Below, one piece after another: positions 49,819-61,614 of a stretch of DNA of 64,000 nt (the first letter of the stretch is position 1; each line of letters opens with the position of its first letter). Position numbers and translations under genes: made by a program. The DNA lies in contig CAISWF010000170.1 in the NCBI GenBank assembly GCA_903889135.1, positions 1,638 through 65,637 of the forward strand, in the 5' to 3' direction. The notes beneath the pieces are model-generated. The model saw only the letters and a program-made list of their open reading frames with translations, ran no database searches and was not told the DNA's origin. Source of the stretch: Candidatus Omnitrophota bacterium. GTDB lineage: Bacteria; Omnitrophota; Gorgyraeia; Pluralincolimonadales; Pluralincolimonadaceae.

Positions 49819-50433
49819 ATGTCGCGCGGAAGGTTCATCACGATCGAGGGGCCGGAAGGGTCGGGAAAATCTACGCATTCACGCCTGCTTTGCCTCCATC
49901 TGAAAAAAAAAGGCTTTAAGGTATTGCATGCGCGTGAGCCCGGCAGCACTAAGATAGGCGAGGCGATCCGCAAGATCCTGCTCGACAAAAATAACAAAAG
50001 GATGTCCGGCGCGTGCGAACTTTTCCTATTTCTTGCGGCACGCGCGCAGGTCGTCGACGAGATAATAAGGCCTGCGCTGGCCAAGGGATATATAGTGGTC
50101 TGCGACAGGTTCCATGACGCGACGGTCGCGTATCAGGGTTACGGCGCCGGCCTCGACCTTAAATTGATAGATTCGATGGGAAAATTTGCGACAGGCGGGC
50201 TTAAGCCCGACCTTACGTTATTGCTCGACGTGGAGACCGGGGCAGGGTTGAAACGCGGGGGCATAAAGGACAGGATGGAGATAAAACCCGTCCTTTTCCA
50301 CAAAAGGGTCAGGAACGGTTACCTGAAGATAGCGAAAAAGGAACCGCGCCGGATAAAGGTGATCCGGACGACCGACGCGCCGGTCGTCGCGGTCCGGGAT
50401 AAAATAAGAAGAGCCGTATCGGATGTCATTTAA
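49819..50433 (+). CDS. tmk: Thymidylate kinase
   Basis: The P-loop is FITIEGPEGSGKST and the DRF motif is CDRFHDATVAYQGYG. Confidence 0.9.
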   Translation: MSRGRFITIEGPEGSGKSTHSRLLCLHLKKKGFKVLHAREPGSTKIGEAIRKILLDKNNKRMSGACELFLFLAARAQVVDEIIRPALAKGYIVVCDRFHDATVAYQGYGAGLDLKLIDSMGKFATGGLKPDLTLLLDVETGAGLKRGGIKDRMEIKPVLFHKRVRNGYLKIAKKEPRRIKVIRTTDAPVVAVRDKIRRAVSDVI

Positions 50434-51388
50434 TAAGGTCATAGGGCAGGAGCATGCCGCAGGTCTTTTAAAAAAAGCGATAGAGGAGAAACGCCTCGCG
50501 CACGCGTATCTCTTTATCGGGCCGGAAGGCGTTGGCAAGTCGCTTCTCGCGAAGGTCTTCGCCAAGGCGCTCAATTGCGAAAAGGGCGCCGCCGATCCGT
50601 GCGGGGAGTGTATCTCCTGCAAAAAGATAGAAGGCAATATCCATCCCGACGTCGTAATCCTCTCGCCGGAAGGGAAATCGTCGCAGATAGGCATAGACGC
50701 GATCCGCAAGATAGGCGCGACGATGTCGCTAAAACCTTATGAGGGGCGGACGAAGGTCTTCATGATCGACGGCGCGGATAAGATGACCGAGGAAGCCGCG
50801 AACTCGTTATTGAAGACCCTCGAGGAGCCGCCGAAGGACACGGTCCTCGTGCTGCTTGCCTCGAACATGTTCAAGCTGCAGCCGACGATAGTGTCGCGGT
50901 GCCAGAAGGTGCTCTTCCATCCTCTTGGCGAGCGCGCGATAATGAAAGAGCTCATAGAAAGATACGGGCTCGACGAGAAGAAGGCGGCCTGCGTATCGAG
51001 ATTTTCCGAAGGGCGGCTCGGCAGGGCGATAGAGGTCCTCGAGGGCGAGGCGCTGGCCAAGAGGAACAAGGTAGTAGACGAATTTTTGACGCCGAAACAG
51101 TTCGGCTATGAGGATACATGGTTGTACGGCGAGCCGCGCGAGAAGATAAACGAGACATTGAACGCGCTGGCCGTATATTTCAGGGACCTGCTGGTCTTCA
51201 GTCTCTCGAAAGACCAGGGCCTGCTCGTCAACCTCGACAGGGCCGCGGATATATCGCGCGATGCCGCCAGATATCCCGCAGAGAGGCTCGAGAGGATAAT
51301 CGAGATAATCGCTGACACGCAGGAGCAGATAAAGAGGAACGCCAACATTAAGATCGCGCTCGCCTGCATGCGGATTAACATAACTTAG
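50423..51388 (+). CDS. holB: DNA polymerase III delta-prime subunit
   Basis: The degenerate Walker A is AHAYLFIGPEGVGKS. The Zn module is CEKGAADPCGECISC, and SRCQ is present. Confidence 0.8.
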   Translation: MSFNKVIGQEHAAGLLKKAIEEKRLAHAYLFIGPEGVGKSLLAKVFAKALNCEKGAADPCGECISCKKIEGNIHPDVVILSPEGKSSQIGIDAIRKIGATMSLKPYEGRTKVFMIDGADKMTEEAANSLLKTLEEPPKDTVLVLLASNMFKLQPTIVSRCQKVLFHPLGERAIMKELIERYGLDEKKAACVSRFSEGRLGRAIEVLEGEALAKRNKVVDEFLTPKQFGYEDTWLYGEPREKINETLNALAVYFRDLLVFSLSKDQGLLVNLDRAADISRDAARYPAERLERIIEIIADTQEQIKRNANIKIALACMRINIT

Positions 51389-51398
51389 GGGATATAAA

Positions 51399-52216
51399 AT
51401 GTTCGAAGTCGTGCAGATCAGGTTAAGGGAAGGCGGCAAGACGTCGTATTTCGAGCTCGGGAACACGAAACCGAAGATCGGCGACGTCGTCATCGTCGAC
51501 GCGGACAGGGGAGTCGATTACGGGGAGGCGATATCCGGGGTGGAATCCATCTCGCAGATCACCGGGGAAGAGCCGCTTCGCAAGATATTAAGGATCGCCA
51601 CTGCCGGCGACCTCGACCAGATAAAAAAGAACCGTGAGAAGACGAAAGAGGCCTTCGTCACCTGCCAGAAGAAGATAATCGAGCACGGGCTTAAGATGAA
51701 GCTCATAGACGCCGAATACACGTTCGACAGGTCGAAGCTCCTCTTTTATTTCACGGCCGAGGGGCGCGTCGATTTCAGGGAACTCGTAAAAGACCTCGCG
51801 CGCATATTCAAGGCGCGCATTGAGCTTAAGCAGATAGGCGTGCGCGATGAGGCGCGGCTCCTGGGCGGGTTCGGCCCGTGCGGAAAGTGTCTCTGCTGCG
51901 CGACTTTCCTCAAGGATTTCGAGCCGGTCACGATAAAGATGGCCAAGGAACAGAACCTCCCGCTAAACCCCGCTAAGATCTCCGGCGTATGCGGCCGGTT
52001 GATGTGCTGCCTCGGATACGAGCATAAATTATACGTTGAATTGTTGAAGGGTTTGCCGAAGGAAGGCGAAAAAGTGAGCCTTGAAGGATGCTCGGGCAAG
52101 GTCGTCTCGGTGAACGCGCTCAAGCGCTCAATAACCGTCGATTGCGGCGAGGGGAAGTTCGTCGAGCTCGGCTGCAAATGCCCCAAGGGCTGCGAAATGC
52201 ACCATAACCAGAGAAA

Positions 52217-52220
<4 letters not shown>
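51399..52220 (+). CDS. ricT: PSP1 C-terminal domain protein (RicT/YaaT-like)
   Basis: The PSP1 domain and a Cys-rich C-terminus (CGKCLCCATFL...CGRLMCC) are present, and the gene lies between holB and metG as in Bacillus. Confidence 0.8.
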
Positions 52221-53775
<1,555 letters not shown>

Positions 53776-53779
<4 letters not shown>

Positions 53780-55179
53780 TGCGTCCCTTCGGCTTCGCTC
53801 AGGGTAAACTTGTCGATACCCATTGCCATCTGGATTTCCCGGAGTTCGATTCGGACAGGGAAGAGGTCATAAATAGGGCGAAAGCCGCCGGCATAGAAAA
53901 TATAATAAATGTCGCGAGCAGCTTCGACGGCTCAAAGAGGTCGGTCGCGCTCGCGAATAAATATGGTTGCGTTTACGCCTCAGTCGGCATCCATCCGCAC
54001 GACGCGAAGGAACTGGATGCGTCCTCGTTTTCCGCGATCAAAGACCTCGCCAAGGATAAAAAGGTAGTAGCTATAGGCGAAGTAGGCCTCGACTATTACA
54101 GGAACCTATCGCCTGCCGGGCTGCAGCAGGCGGCATTCAAGAAATTCCTCCACCTCGCAGAAGAGACTGGCCTGCCGCTCATAATCCACTGCCGCGAAGC
54201 GCGCGAGGACCTCCTGAAGATAATAAAAAAAGAGATCTCCGCCCCCGTAAAGGGGGTCGTCCACTGTTTTCCCCCCGATGAGGAGCTCCTTAACAGCGTT
54301 CTCGACCTCGGGATGTACGTCTCGTTCACAGGCAACCTCACTTTCAAAAACGCCGCAAAATCGCGCGAAATGGTAAAAGCCCTGGTCCCGATGGACAGGA
54401 TATTGGTCGAGACCGACGCGCCGTACCTTGCGCCGGAAGGGATGCGCGGCAAGAGGAACGAGCCGTCCTATATGGTAAAAGTAGTGGAGCAGATAGCGGA
54501 ATTGAAAGGGATCGCCCCGGAAGACGTGGCCAGAGCCACGACCGTTAACTGCGCGCGGCTTTTCGGGGTCGGCGCCGCGCCGGAATCGGCCGTTACGTAT
54601 AAAATAAGGGACTCCTTGTATATTAACCTCACCAACAGGTGCACCAGTGACTGCGAATTCTGCGTAACCAAGACGACGGATTTCGTGATGGGGCATAACC
54701 TGCGCCTTAAAGGCGAACCGTCGGCAAAAGAGATAATAGAGGAGATCGGCGACCCGTCCGTATACGACGAGATTGTATTCTGCGGATACGGCGAACCCAC
54801 TTTGCGGCTCGATTGCATGGTTGAGGTCGCGAAGGCCCTTAAGAAAAAAGGGGCCAAGATCCGCCTTACGACGAACGGCCACGGGAACCTGATAAATAAA
54901 AGGCGCATCGTCGACGACCTGGTCGGCCTTATAGACCGCGTGAGCGTGAGCCTCAACGCCCCGGACAAAGAGGTCTATGATAAGGTCTGCAGGCCGGCGT
55001 TCGGGCCGGGGACTTTCGGCGAGGTAAAGAAGTTCATCGCCGAGTGCAGGGAGAAACTGCCTGAGGTCGAGGTTACCTGCGTCGATTGCGAAGGCGTAGA
55101 TATGAAGGAATGTGAGAGGGTCGCGGCCGGGGAATTAAAGGTCAAGTTCAGGCCGAGGAGGCTCAATGTCGTGGGATAA
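53776..55179 (+). CDS. TatD-family metal-dependent hydrolase fused to a small C-terminal radical SAM domain
   Basis: Residues 1 to about 265 carry the TatD motifs LVDTHCHLD, GEVGLDYY, IIHCREA and ETDAPYL. About 200 aa of the C-terminus carry a CxxxCxxC radical SAM cluster motif (NRCTSDCEFC) and GYGEPTL. Confidence 0.75.
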
Positions 55180-56233
55180 AATAAGGAAATTCGCGGGCGA
55201 GAACCGGATCTATCTCCTCATGCTCGCTTTCATAATAGCGACCGAGATATTCCTGGTCGTGTCGCCTATGTCCGAGAAGAAGGAGAAACTGACCGAGAAG
55301 AAGAAATCGCACATGACGCTTTCGCCTCAAGAGGTCCTCGCGCAGGAGGATAGGATAAAGGAACTGCTCGCGCACAACAGCCTGCTCGGGTTCACGGTCA
55401 CGGCCAGCACATTCTTAAGTGCCGTCGCGCTTTTGGCCGGCCTTATCATCGGCATGAACTGCATCGCCCGCAAACTTAACGGCCGTGACATCATGGCCGC
55501 TTACGGCTCCCCGCCGGAGGCGCCTTGGAAGTTCATCGATGTCTTGAGGGTGATAATCGCGTTCTATTTCTTCGTTTATACGCTCCAATGGATAGAGGCC
55601 GATATATTGAACCTGATGAAGGTTAAGAACCCCAACGAGGTGCTTTTTGACGTGCTTAACGCGACCCTGATGGACGTCATCGGCCTCGTTATAGTCCTGT
55701 ATTTCGCGGTAAAAAAATTCAAGAGTGGCCTGGCCGGGCTCGGGCTCACCGTTAAGAACATAGCGAGGAACATGAGGATCGCCATCGGCGGATATCTTAC
55801 GATCATCCCGGTCCTGGCTATCATAATGATCCTGGTATTCATCGGCATCAGGGTATTCAGTTATGAACCGCCGGAGACGAAGGCGCTCGAGATACTCTAC
55901 GAGGCGAAGGGTACGAAGCTCCTCCTCATACTTACGGCGCTAGTTACTATCATAGGGCCGATCACCGAGGAGTTATTCTTCAGGGGTTTCGCGTATCCGG
56001 TATTCAGGAAGAAGATGGGGGTGAGGAACGCGATATTGCTAGTCTCGTTCATCTTCGCGATGCTTCACATGAATATCGTCTCGTTCTTTCCGATACTCGC
56101 GCTCGGTATCCTGCTGGCGTATCTTTACGAGAAGACCGGCTCTATAGTCCCATCGATAGCGGTGCATATAATCCATAACTCGGCCGTGATATTTTTCGTG
56201 TTCCTTTATAAACTGATAGCGCTCCCTAAATAG
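55166..56233 (+). CDS. CPBP-family (CAAX/Abi) intramembrane metalloprotease
   Basis: The three CPBP motifs EELFFRG, FIFAMLHMN and HIIHNS are present. The protein is polytopic, and its start overlaps the TatD-rSAM stop. Confidence 0.75.
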   Translation: MSWDKIRKFAGENRIYLLMLAFIIATEIFLVVSPMSEKKEKLTEKKKSHMTLSPQEVLAQEDRIKELLAHNSLLGFTVTASTFLSAVALLAGLIIGMNCIARKLNGRDIMAAYGSPPEAPWKFIDVLRVIIAFYFFVYTLQWIEADILNLMKVKNPNEVLFDVLNATLMDVIGLVIVLYFAVKKFKSGLAGLGLTVKNIARNMRIAIGGYLTIIPVLAIIMILVFIGIRVFSYEPPETKALEILYEAKGTKLLLILTALVTIIGPITEELFFRGFAYPVFRKKMGVRNAILLVSFIFAMLHMNIVSFFPILALGILLAYLYEKTGSIVPSIAVHIIHNSAVIFFVFLYKLIALPK

Positions 56234-57343
56234 ATGATGAACCCAAAGGTCTCGATAGTAAGATCGGATTCGTACGATCCCGGCAAAGTCTATGCCGCCG
56301 TCAAAAAAGCGGTGGATTTGCTCGGCGGCATCTCTTCGTTCGTAGGGTTCGGCGAGACTATACTCTTAAAGCCCAACGTACTTTCAGCGAAGCCCCCGGA
56401 ATCAGGCGTCGACACGCATCCTGAGATGATACGCGCGGTCGCGAGGCTCGTAAGGGAAGCCGGGGCAAAAGTGATAGTCGGGGATTCCCCCGGGGGGGTA
56501 TATTTCAAGGACGCGGGCTCGACATACGAGGCCGCGGGGATAAAGAAGGTTTGCGATGAGGAGAAGATAGAGCTCGTCGATTTTGACAGGGCAAAAAACG
56601 TCCGCGGGATGCCGATAACGGAATGGGCTTTCGCCGTCGACGGGATAATATCCCTGCCGAAGATGAAGACGCACGGCCTCACGACGATAACCGGGGCTGT
56701 CAAGAATTCTTACGGGCTCGCGATCGGCCTTTACAAGGCGCAGTGCCATTTCAAGGCGCCGCGGCCGGAAGCATTCTGTAGATATGTAGTAGACGTGTTC
56801 GAAACGGCCAAACCGCGGCTCGCTATAATGGACGGCATAACGGCGATGGAAGGCGACGGGCCCGCCGCCGGAAATTTAAGGGATGCAGGGCTTATCATAG
56901 CCGGCAGCGACTGCGTGGCGATCGATTCGGTGTTTGCGAAGCTTATAGGCATCGAACCGCTTAAAGTCGAGATAACGGCCGAGGCATACAGGAGGGGACT
57001 GGGCGAGGCGGATATCTCAAAAATAGAGATCGTCGGTGAGACCATAGACGCGTCCAGGCAGAAGAATTTTAAACTTCCCAAGACGTCTGTCTTAACGAAG
57101 TTGCCCGAACCGCTCCTAAAGCTTATAATGAAGGGGATAAAGTTCCTGCCGAGGATAGATGATAATTTATGCAAGGGCTGCCTCGTCTGTGAGAAGAGCT
57201 GCCCGGCCGCGGCGATAGAGATAGATAGGGTGCGATCGCGCATCGACTATTCGAAGTGCGTAAGGTGTTTTTGCTGCATGGAACTTTGTCCGCACAAGGC
57301 GATACATATCAAACGTAGCCTGCTTGCCAGGCTTATAGGATAA
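56234..57343 (+). CDS. DUF362 domain protein with a C-terminal 2x[4Fe-4S] ferredoxin domain
   Basis: DUF362 is indicated by the N-terminus (ILLKPNVLS...IVGDSPGG). The C-terminus carries CKGCLVCEKSCP and CVRCFCCMELCP. Confidence 0.7.
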   Translation: MMNPKVSIVRSDSYDPGKVYAAVKKAVDLLGGISSFVGFGETILLKPNVLSAKPPESGVDTHPEMIRAVARLVREAGAKVIVGDSPGGVYFKDAGSTYEAAGIKKVCDEEKIELVDFDRAKNVRGMPITEWAFAVDGIISLPKMKTHGLTTITGAVKNSYGLAIGLYKAQCHFKAPRPEAFCRYVVDVFETAKPRLAIMDGITAMEGDGPAAGNLRDAGLIIAGSDCVAIDSVFAKLIGIEPLKVEITAEAYRRGLGEADISKIEIVGETIDASRQKNFKLPKTSVLTKLPEPLLKLIMKGIKFLPRIDDNLCKGCLVCEKSCPAAAIEIDRVRSRIDYSKCVRCFCCMELCPHKAIHIKRSLLARLIG

Positions 57344-57347
57344 AATA

Positions 57348-58373
57348 ATGGCTATCCAGACGATCAGATGGGACAAGGGCGCGATAAAGATAATAGACCA
57401 GACCCTGCTCCCGAATAAGCTCGTATACCTGAAGTTCCGCGACGTAAAGGATTTCTGGCACGCGATAAAAAAATTGCAGGTGCGCGGAGCGCCGGCCCTG
57501 GGCGTGGCCGCCGCCTACGGGGCTTACCTGGGGATCCAGAGATCGAGGGCCAAAGATTATAACGGATTTATCCGCGAACTGGACCGTGTCATAAAATTCA
57601 TCGGCTCGGCGAGGCCGACCGCGGTGAATCTTTTCTGGGGCCTCGACAGGATCCGCGCCGCCGCCGTGAAAAATAAGAAAAAACCTGTCCCGGAGATAAA
57701 GAAAGCGCTGCTTTCCGAGGCGCACAAAATTTACGAAGAGGACAGGGCGATATGCAGGAAGATGGCCGGGTACGGTGCGCGGCTCATTAAAAACGGCGAT
57801 GTCATATTGACGCACTGCAACGCCGGAGCGCTCGCGACGGCCGATTACGGCACCGCGCTCGGCGTAATTTACATGGCTAAGGAACAGGGCAAGCGCGTAA
57901 AGGTATATGCCGATGAGACACGGCCTCTTTTGCAGGGCGCTCGCCTTACCACCTGGGAGTTGATGCGCGAAGGTATAGATGTGACGCTCATCTGCGATAA
58001 TATGGCCGCCCATGTCATGAGCCTGGGCAAGGTGACGAAAGTCATCGTAGGCGCGGACAGGATAACGCGTAACGGCGACGCGGCGAACAAGATAGGCACT
58101 TACGGCGTCGCGGTCCTGGCGAAATACCACAAGATACCTTTTTATGTAGTCGCGCCGGTCTCGACGATAGATTTCAACCTGCCATACGGCAGGTTGATCC
58201 CGATCGAAGAGAGGCATGGAGACGAGATCACGACTATCCGCGGGAATCTCCTCGCCCCGAAAGGGGTAAAGACGTATTGCCCGGCTTTCGACGTAACGCC
58301 GGCGGCGCTAATCACCGCGATAGTCACGGAAAAAGGGATTTTTAAACCTGATGAAATTAAAAAAATTAGGTGA
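57348..58373 (+). CDS. mtnA: S-methyl-5-thioribose-1-phosphate isomerase (eIF-2B alpha/beta/delta-like)
   Basis: IIDQTLLP, RGAPALGVAAAYG and TRPLLQGARLTTWEL are present. Confidence 0.8.
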   Translation: MAIQTIRWDKGAIKIIDQTLLPNKLVYLKFRDVKDFWHAIKKLQVRGAPALGVAAAYGAYLGIQRSRAKDYNGFIRELDRVIKFIGSARPTAVNLFWGLDRIRAAAVKNKKKPVPEIKKALLSEAHKIYEEDRAICRKMAGYGARLIKNGDVILTHCNAGALATADYGTALGVIYMAKEQGKRVKVYADETRPLLQGARLTTWELMREGIDVTLICDNMAAHVMSLGKVTKVIVGADRITRNGDAANKIGTYGVAVLAKYHKIPFYVVAPVSTIDFNLPYGRLIPIEERHGDEITTIRGNLLAPKGVKTYCPAFDVTPAALITAIVTEKGIFKPDEIKKIR

Positions 58374-59265
58374 GACAGGGCTCATAGAGCGGCTCGCGAG
58401 GAATTTTAAGGCGGGCAAAGATATCGTCCGGGGCATCGGCGACGATTGCGCCGTGATACGCATATCGAAGAAAAAATACCTGCTCGTCACGATCGACATG
58501 CTCCTTGAGGATGTCGATTTTAAGTTAAAGGACGCGACGGCTTTCCAGATCGGCTGGAAGTCGCTCGCCTGCGGGTTAAGCGATATCGCCTCAATGGGCG
58601 GCACTGCGAAATACGCGGTCGCCTCTTTAGGGCTCCCGAAAAAGCTGAGCGTCGAATTTGTAGATGAGATATACCGCGGGATAAAGGCTCTTGCCAAAAG
58701 ATTCGACGTCGAGATAGTCGGCGGCGATACGAATTCTTCCCGCAAACTCGTCATAGATGTCGCTGTCCTCGGGTTCGTAGAGCCAGATAAAGCCGCGTTC
58801 AGGAGCGGCGCGAGGCCCGGCGATATAATTTGCGTAACAGGCGCGCTCGGCGGCTCATATAAAAGCAAGAGGCATCTTGTTTTTACGCCGCGCCTTAAAG
58901 AAGCCCGGTACCTGGTAAATAATTTCAAGATAACCTCGATGATAGATATTTCTGACGGGCTTTCGACCGAATTAAACCATATCGCGAAGGCGAGCGGGGT
59001 AGGCGCCTGTGTATACGAGGAACTGATACCGGTCGCAAAGGGCGCCAGGGGCGTGAACGCGGCGTTGAATGAAGGCGAGGATTTTGAGCTGTTATTCACG
59101 ATGCCGCTGGACGAGGCCCGCAGGCTCGCCCGGAAGAACATGGAATTGAACGGCGTGAGAATATCTCAGATCGGCGAGATACTCGATAAAAAGATCGGCG
59201 TGAAGATAATAGCTCCTAACGGAACGACGAAAGAACTGAAGCCAAAAGGATTTTCTCATTTTTAA
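58351..59265 (+). CDS. thiL: Thiamine-monophosphate kinase
   Basis: The AIR-synthase-related fold shows GIGDDCAVI and the DxxDGL region (MIDISDGLSTEL). Confidence 0.8.
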   Translation: MKLKKLGETGLIERLARNFKAGKDIVRGIGDDCAVIRISKKKYLLVTIDMLLEDVDFKLKDATAFQIGWKSLACGLSDIASMGGTAKYAVASLGLPKKLSVEFVDEIYRGIKALAKRFDVEIVGGDTNSSRKLVIDVAVLGFVEPDKAAFRSGARPGDIICVTGALGGSYKSKRHLVFTPRLKEARYLVNNFKITSMIDISDGLSTELNHIAKASGVGACVYEELIPVAKGARGVNAALNEGEDFELLFTMPLDEARRLARKNMELNGVRISQIGEILDKKIGVKIIAPNGTTKELKPKGFSHF

Positions 59266-59685
59266 ATGACATTCACGACAGCGAACGCTGAAGAGACGAT
59301 AAAATTAGGGGAGAAGATAGCCAGGCGGTTAAAGCCCGGCGACCTCGTCGCGCTCTCAGGCGAACTGGGCGCGGGCAAGACCACCCTCGTCAAGGGTATA
59401 GCCAAGGGCCTCGGCGTAAAGAATTACAGGTACGTCAACAGCCCGTCATTCGTCCTCGTCAAAGAATATAAAGGGAAGATCCCGCTCTTCCATTTCGATA
59501 TCTACCGGCTCAACAATTTAAAGGACATCGAGGATATCGGCTATGAGGATTACCTCGCACGCGACGGCGTTGTCGTCATCGAATGGTCGGGTAAGATGGC
59601 GCGCATACTGCCGAAGAAGCGTTTAAATGTCGCTTTGAAGATAAAAAGTCCCGGCAAGCGGACGATCGCCATAAAGGAATCATGA
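59266..59685 (+). CDS. tsaE: tRNA t6A biosynthesis protein TsaE (YjeE)
   Basis: The P-loop GELGAGKTTLVKG, HFDIYRL and the length of 139 aa fit TsaE. Confidence 0.85.
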   Translation: MTFTTANAEETIKLGEKIARRLKPGDLVALSGELGAGKTTLVKGIAKGLGVKNYRYVNSPSFVLVKEYKGKIPLFHFDIYRLNNLKDIEDIGYEDYLARDGVVVIEWSGKMARILPKKRLNVALKIKSPGKRTIAIKES

Positions 59686-60368
59686 AAATACTTGCGTTAG
59701 ACACCACATCAAAATATCTCTCTCTCGCGATAACCGAGGGCGATAAGGTCATAGCGACTTTCCACAGAGTGATGGACCAGCGGCAGTGCGAACAGCTTTT
59801 GCCGCAGATAGACAAACTCCTGAAAAAGGCCAATCTGAAGTTAAAAAATATAGACTGCATTGCGTTCTCAAAAGGTCCGGGGTCGCTGACCGCACTACGC
59901 ATCGGCGCGGCGACGGTGAAAGGGTTTGCGCTCGGGGCAAAGATAAAAATTGTCGGGATACCGACGCTCGACGCGCTCGCGTATAATATAAAAGAAGAAG
60001 GTAAGCTGATAGTTCCGGTCATCGACGCGCGCCGCGGCAACGTTTACGCATCGGCATATTCCTTCAAAAAAGGGAAGCTGCGCCGGATCTTAAAATACTC
60101 GGTCGCTCCTGTCGCCGAATTGCTGAAGTCGGTCAAGGGCGACGCAGTCTTTTTGGGCGACGGGCTGGTAGCTTACAGGAAAACGATCGAGGATAATTTT
60201 AAGTTTAATGCCGGGTTCGCCCCGGAGAAGCTCTGGTATCCCAGCGCGGCGACAGTCGCACGTCTCGGTCATGTGCTGGCAAAAAACAAAAAATTTGAAG
60301 AGGTAGATAAATTTGTCCCGATGTATTTATATCCGAAAGATGTCCAAGTAAGGAACCTTATAAAATGA
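59682..60368 (+). CDS. tsaB: tRNA t6A biosynthesis protein TsaB (YeaZ)
   Basis: MKILALDTTSKYLSLAI and GPGSLTALRIG are present. The gene overlaps the tsaE stop and the alr start. Confidence 0.8.
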   Translation: MKILALDTTSKYLSLAITEGDKVIATFHRVMDQRQCEQLLPQIDKLLKKANLKLKNIDCIAFSKGPGSLTALRIGAATVKGFALGAKIKIVGIPTLDALAYNIKEEGKLIVPVIDARRGNVYASAYSFKKGKLRRILKYSVAPVAELLKSVKGDAVFLGDGLVAYRKTIEDNFKFNAGFAPEKLWYPSAATVARLGHVLAKNKKFEEVDKFVPMYLYPKDVQVRNLIK

Positions 60369-61591
60369 GCCCTGTAAACGCGCGCAAGATAGTTCCTAGC
60401 CCTGCAAAAGGCAGGACAAGCCCTGCGAAAAGCAGGACTAGCCCTGCAAAAGGCAGGACAAGCCCTGCGAAAAGCAGGACAAGCAGGCCGACATGGACAG
60501 AGATAGACCTCGACGCCATCGCCCATAATTATCACGCGATAAAGGCGCGCCTCACGAAAGACACGAATATCCTCGCCGTCGTGAAGGCGAACGCGTACGG
60601 TTACGGGATGATAGAGGTCGCGCGCCGGCTGCAAAAAGAGAGGGTCCCGTACTTGGGGGTAGCGTGTGTCGACGAAGGCGTTATACTCCGACGCTCAGGG
60701 GTACGCACCCCGATACTCGTCCTTTCGTCGGTCCTTCCGGAAGAAGCGGAGTCCGCGCTCTATTATGACCTGACGCTTACCGTATGCGATAAGATCCTCG
60801 CCGCGGCCATAGACAAAGCGGCGCGCAGCCTCAGGAAACACGCGCTCATCCATGTGAAAGTCGATACAGGCATGGGCAGGCTGGGTGTGTGGCATGAAGA
60901 GGCCGGCCGCCTTATTAAAGACCTCATGAGTTTCAAGAATATAGCTATCGAAGGGATATTTACGCATTTCGCGAGCGCGGACGAGGAGGATGTCCGCTAT
61001 ACCGCCGCCCAGATAGAGAATTTTAAGCGGCTCGCCACCGAGATGGAGATAAGCGGCATCGAGATACAGTATGTGCACGCTGCGAACTCTGCCGGCGCTA
61101 TGCTGTATAAAGATTCCCACTTCAATATGGTGCGGCCGGGGCTTATGCTTTACGGCCTCTACCCGAACAAGCATCTGGTGAGAGCCGTGAAGTTAAAACC
61201 GGCCCTTGCGCTTAAGACGAGGATTATATATCTCAAGAAGACGCCGCCGGGCAGGTTTATCAGCTATGGCAGGACGCACATGACGGACAGGGAGACGGTT
61301 ATCGCCACGCTCCCGATAGGGTATGCCGACGGGCTCAACCGGCACCTCTCGAACAAGGGGGAAGTGCTCGTGCGCGGATGGCGCGCGCCGATAGTCGGAC
61401 GCATCTGCATGGACCACACGATGGTAGACGTCGGAGGGATAAAAGGCGCGAAGGTCGGCGATGAGGTCACAATTATCGGGTCCCAAAAAGGCGAGACTAT
61501 CACCGTAGAGGATATAGCCGAGCTTCTCGATACCATCCCTTACGAAGTAGTCTGCTGGATATCAGCCAGGGTGCCGCGCGTTTATAAATAA
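60365..61591 (+). CDS. alr: Alanine racemase with an unusual N-terminal basic SPAK(G/S)RT-repeat extension
   Basis: The PLP motif AVVKANAYGYG, YGL(Y)P and the C-terminal beta domain are present. No in-frame ATG, GTG or TTG occurs between the repeat and the catalytic domain, so the repeats appear to be translated. Confidence 0.85.
   Translation: MSPVNARKIVPSPAKGRTSPAKSRTSPAKGRTSPAKSRTSRPTWTEIDLDAIAHNYHAIKARLTKDTNILAVVKANAYGYGMIEVARRLQKERVPYLGVACVDEGVILRRSGVRTPILVLSSVLPEEAESALYYDLTLTVCDKILAAAIDKAARSLRKHALIHVKVDTGMGRLGVWHEEAGRLIKDLMSFKNIAIEGIFTHFASADEEDVRYTAAQIENFKRLATEMEISGIEIQYVHAANSAGAMLYKDSHFNMVRPGLMLYGLYPNKHLVRAVKLKPALALKTRIIYLKKTPPGRFISYGRTHMTDRETVIATLPIGYADGLNRHLSNKGEVLVRGWRAPIVGRICMDHTMVDVGGIKGAKVGDEVTIIGSQKGETITVEDIAELLDTIPYEVVCWISARVPRVYK
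60398..60481 (+). repeat. Tandem in-frame repeat, 4 x 21 nt (two alternating variants, giving 2 x 42 nt), encoding SPAKGRT/SPAKSRT
   Basis: The units agccctgcaaaaggcaggaca and agccctgcgaaaagcaggac(t/a) are read directly from the sequence. Confidence 0.9.
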
Positions 61592-61614
61592 ACATTCGAA
61601 AGAAGATCCCTTTT

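Noticed and set aside
60398-60481. Whether the 21-nt tandem repeats could be a CRISPR array
   Set aside because: The units are directly adjacent with no spacers, there are only 4 copies, and they lie in frame inside the alr coding region. No cas genes are present in the window.
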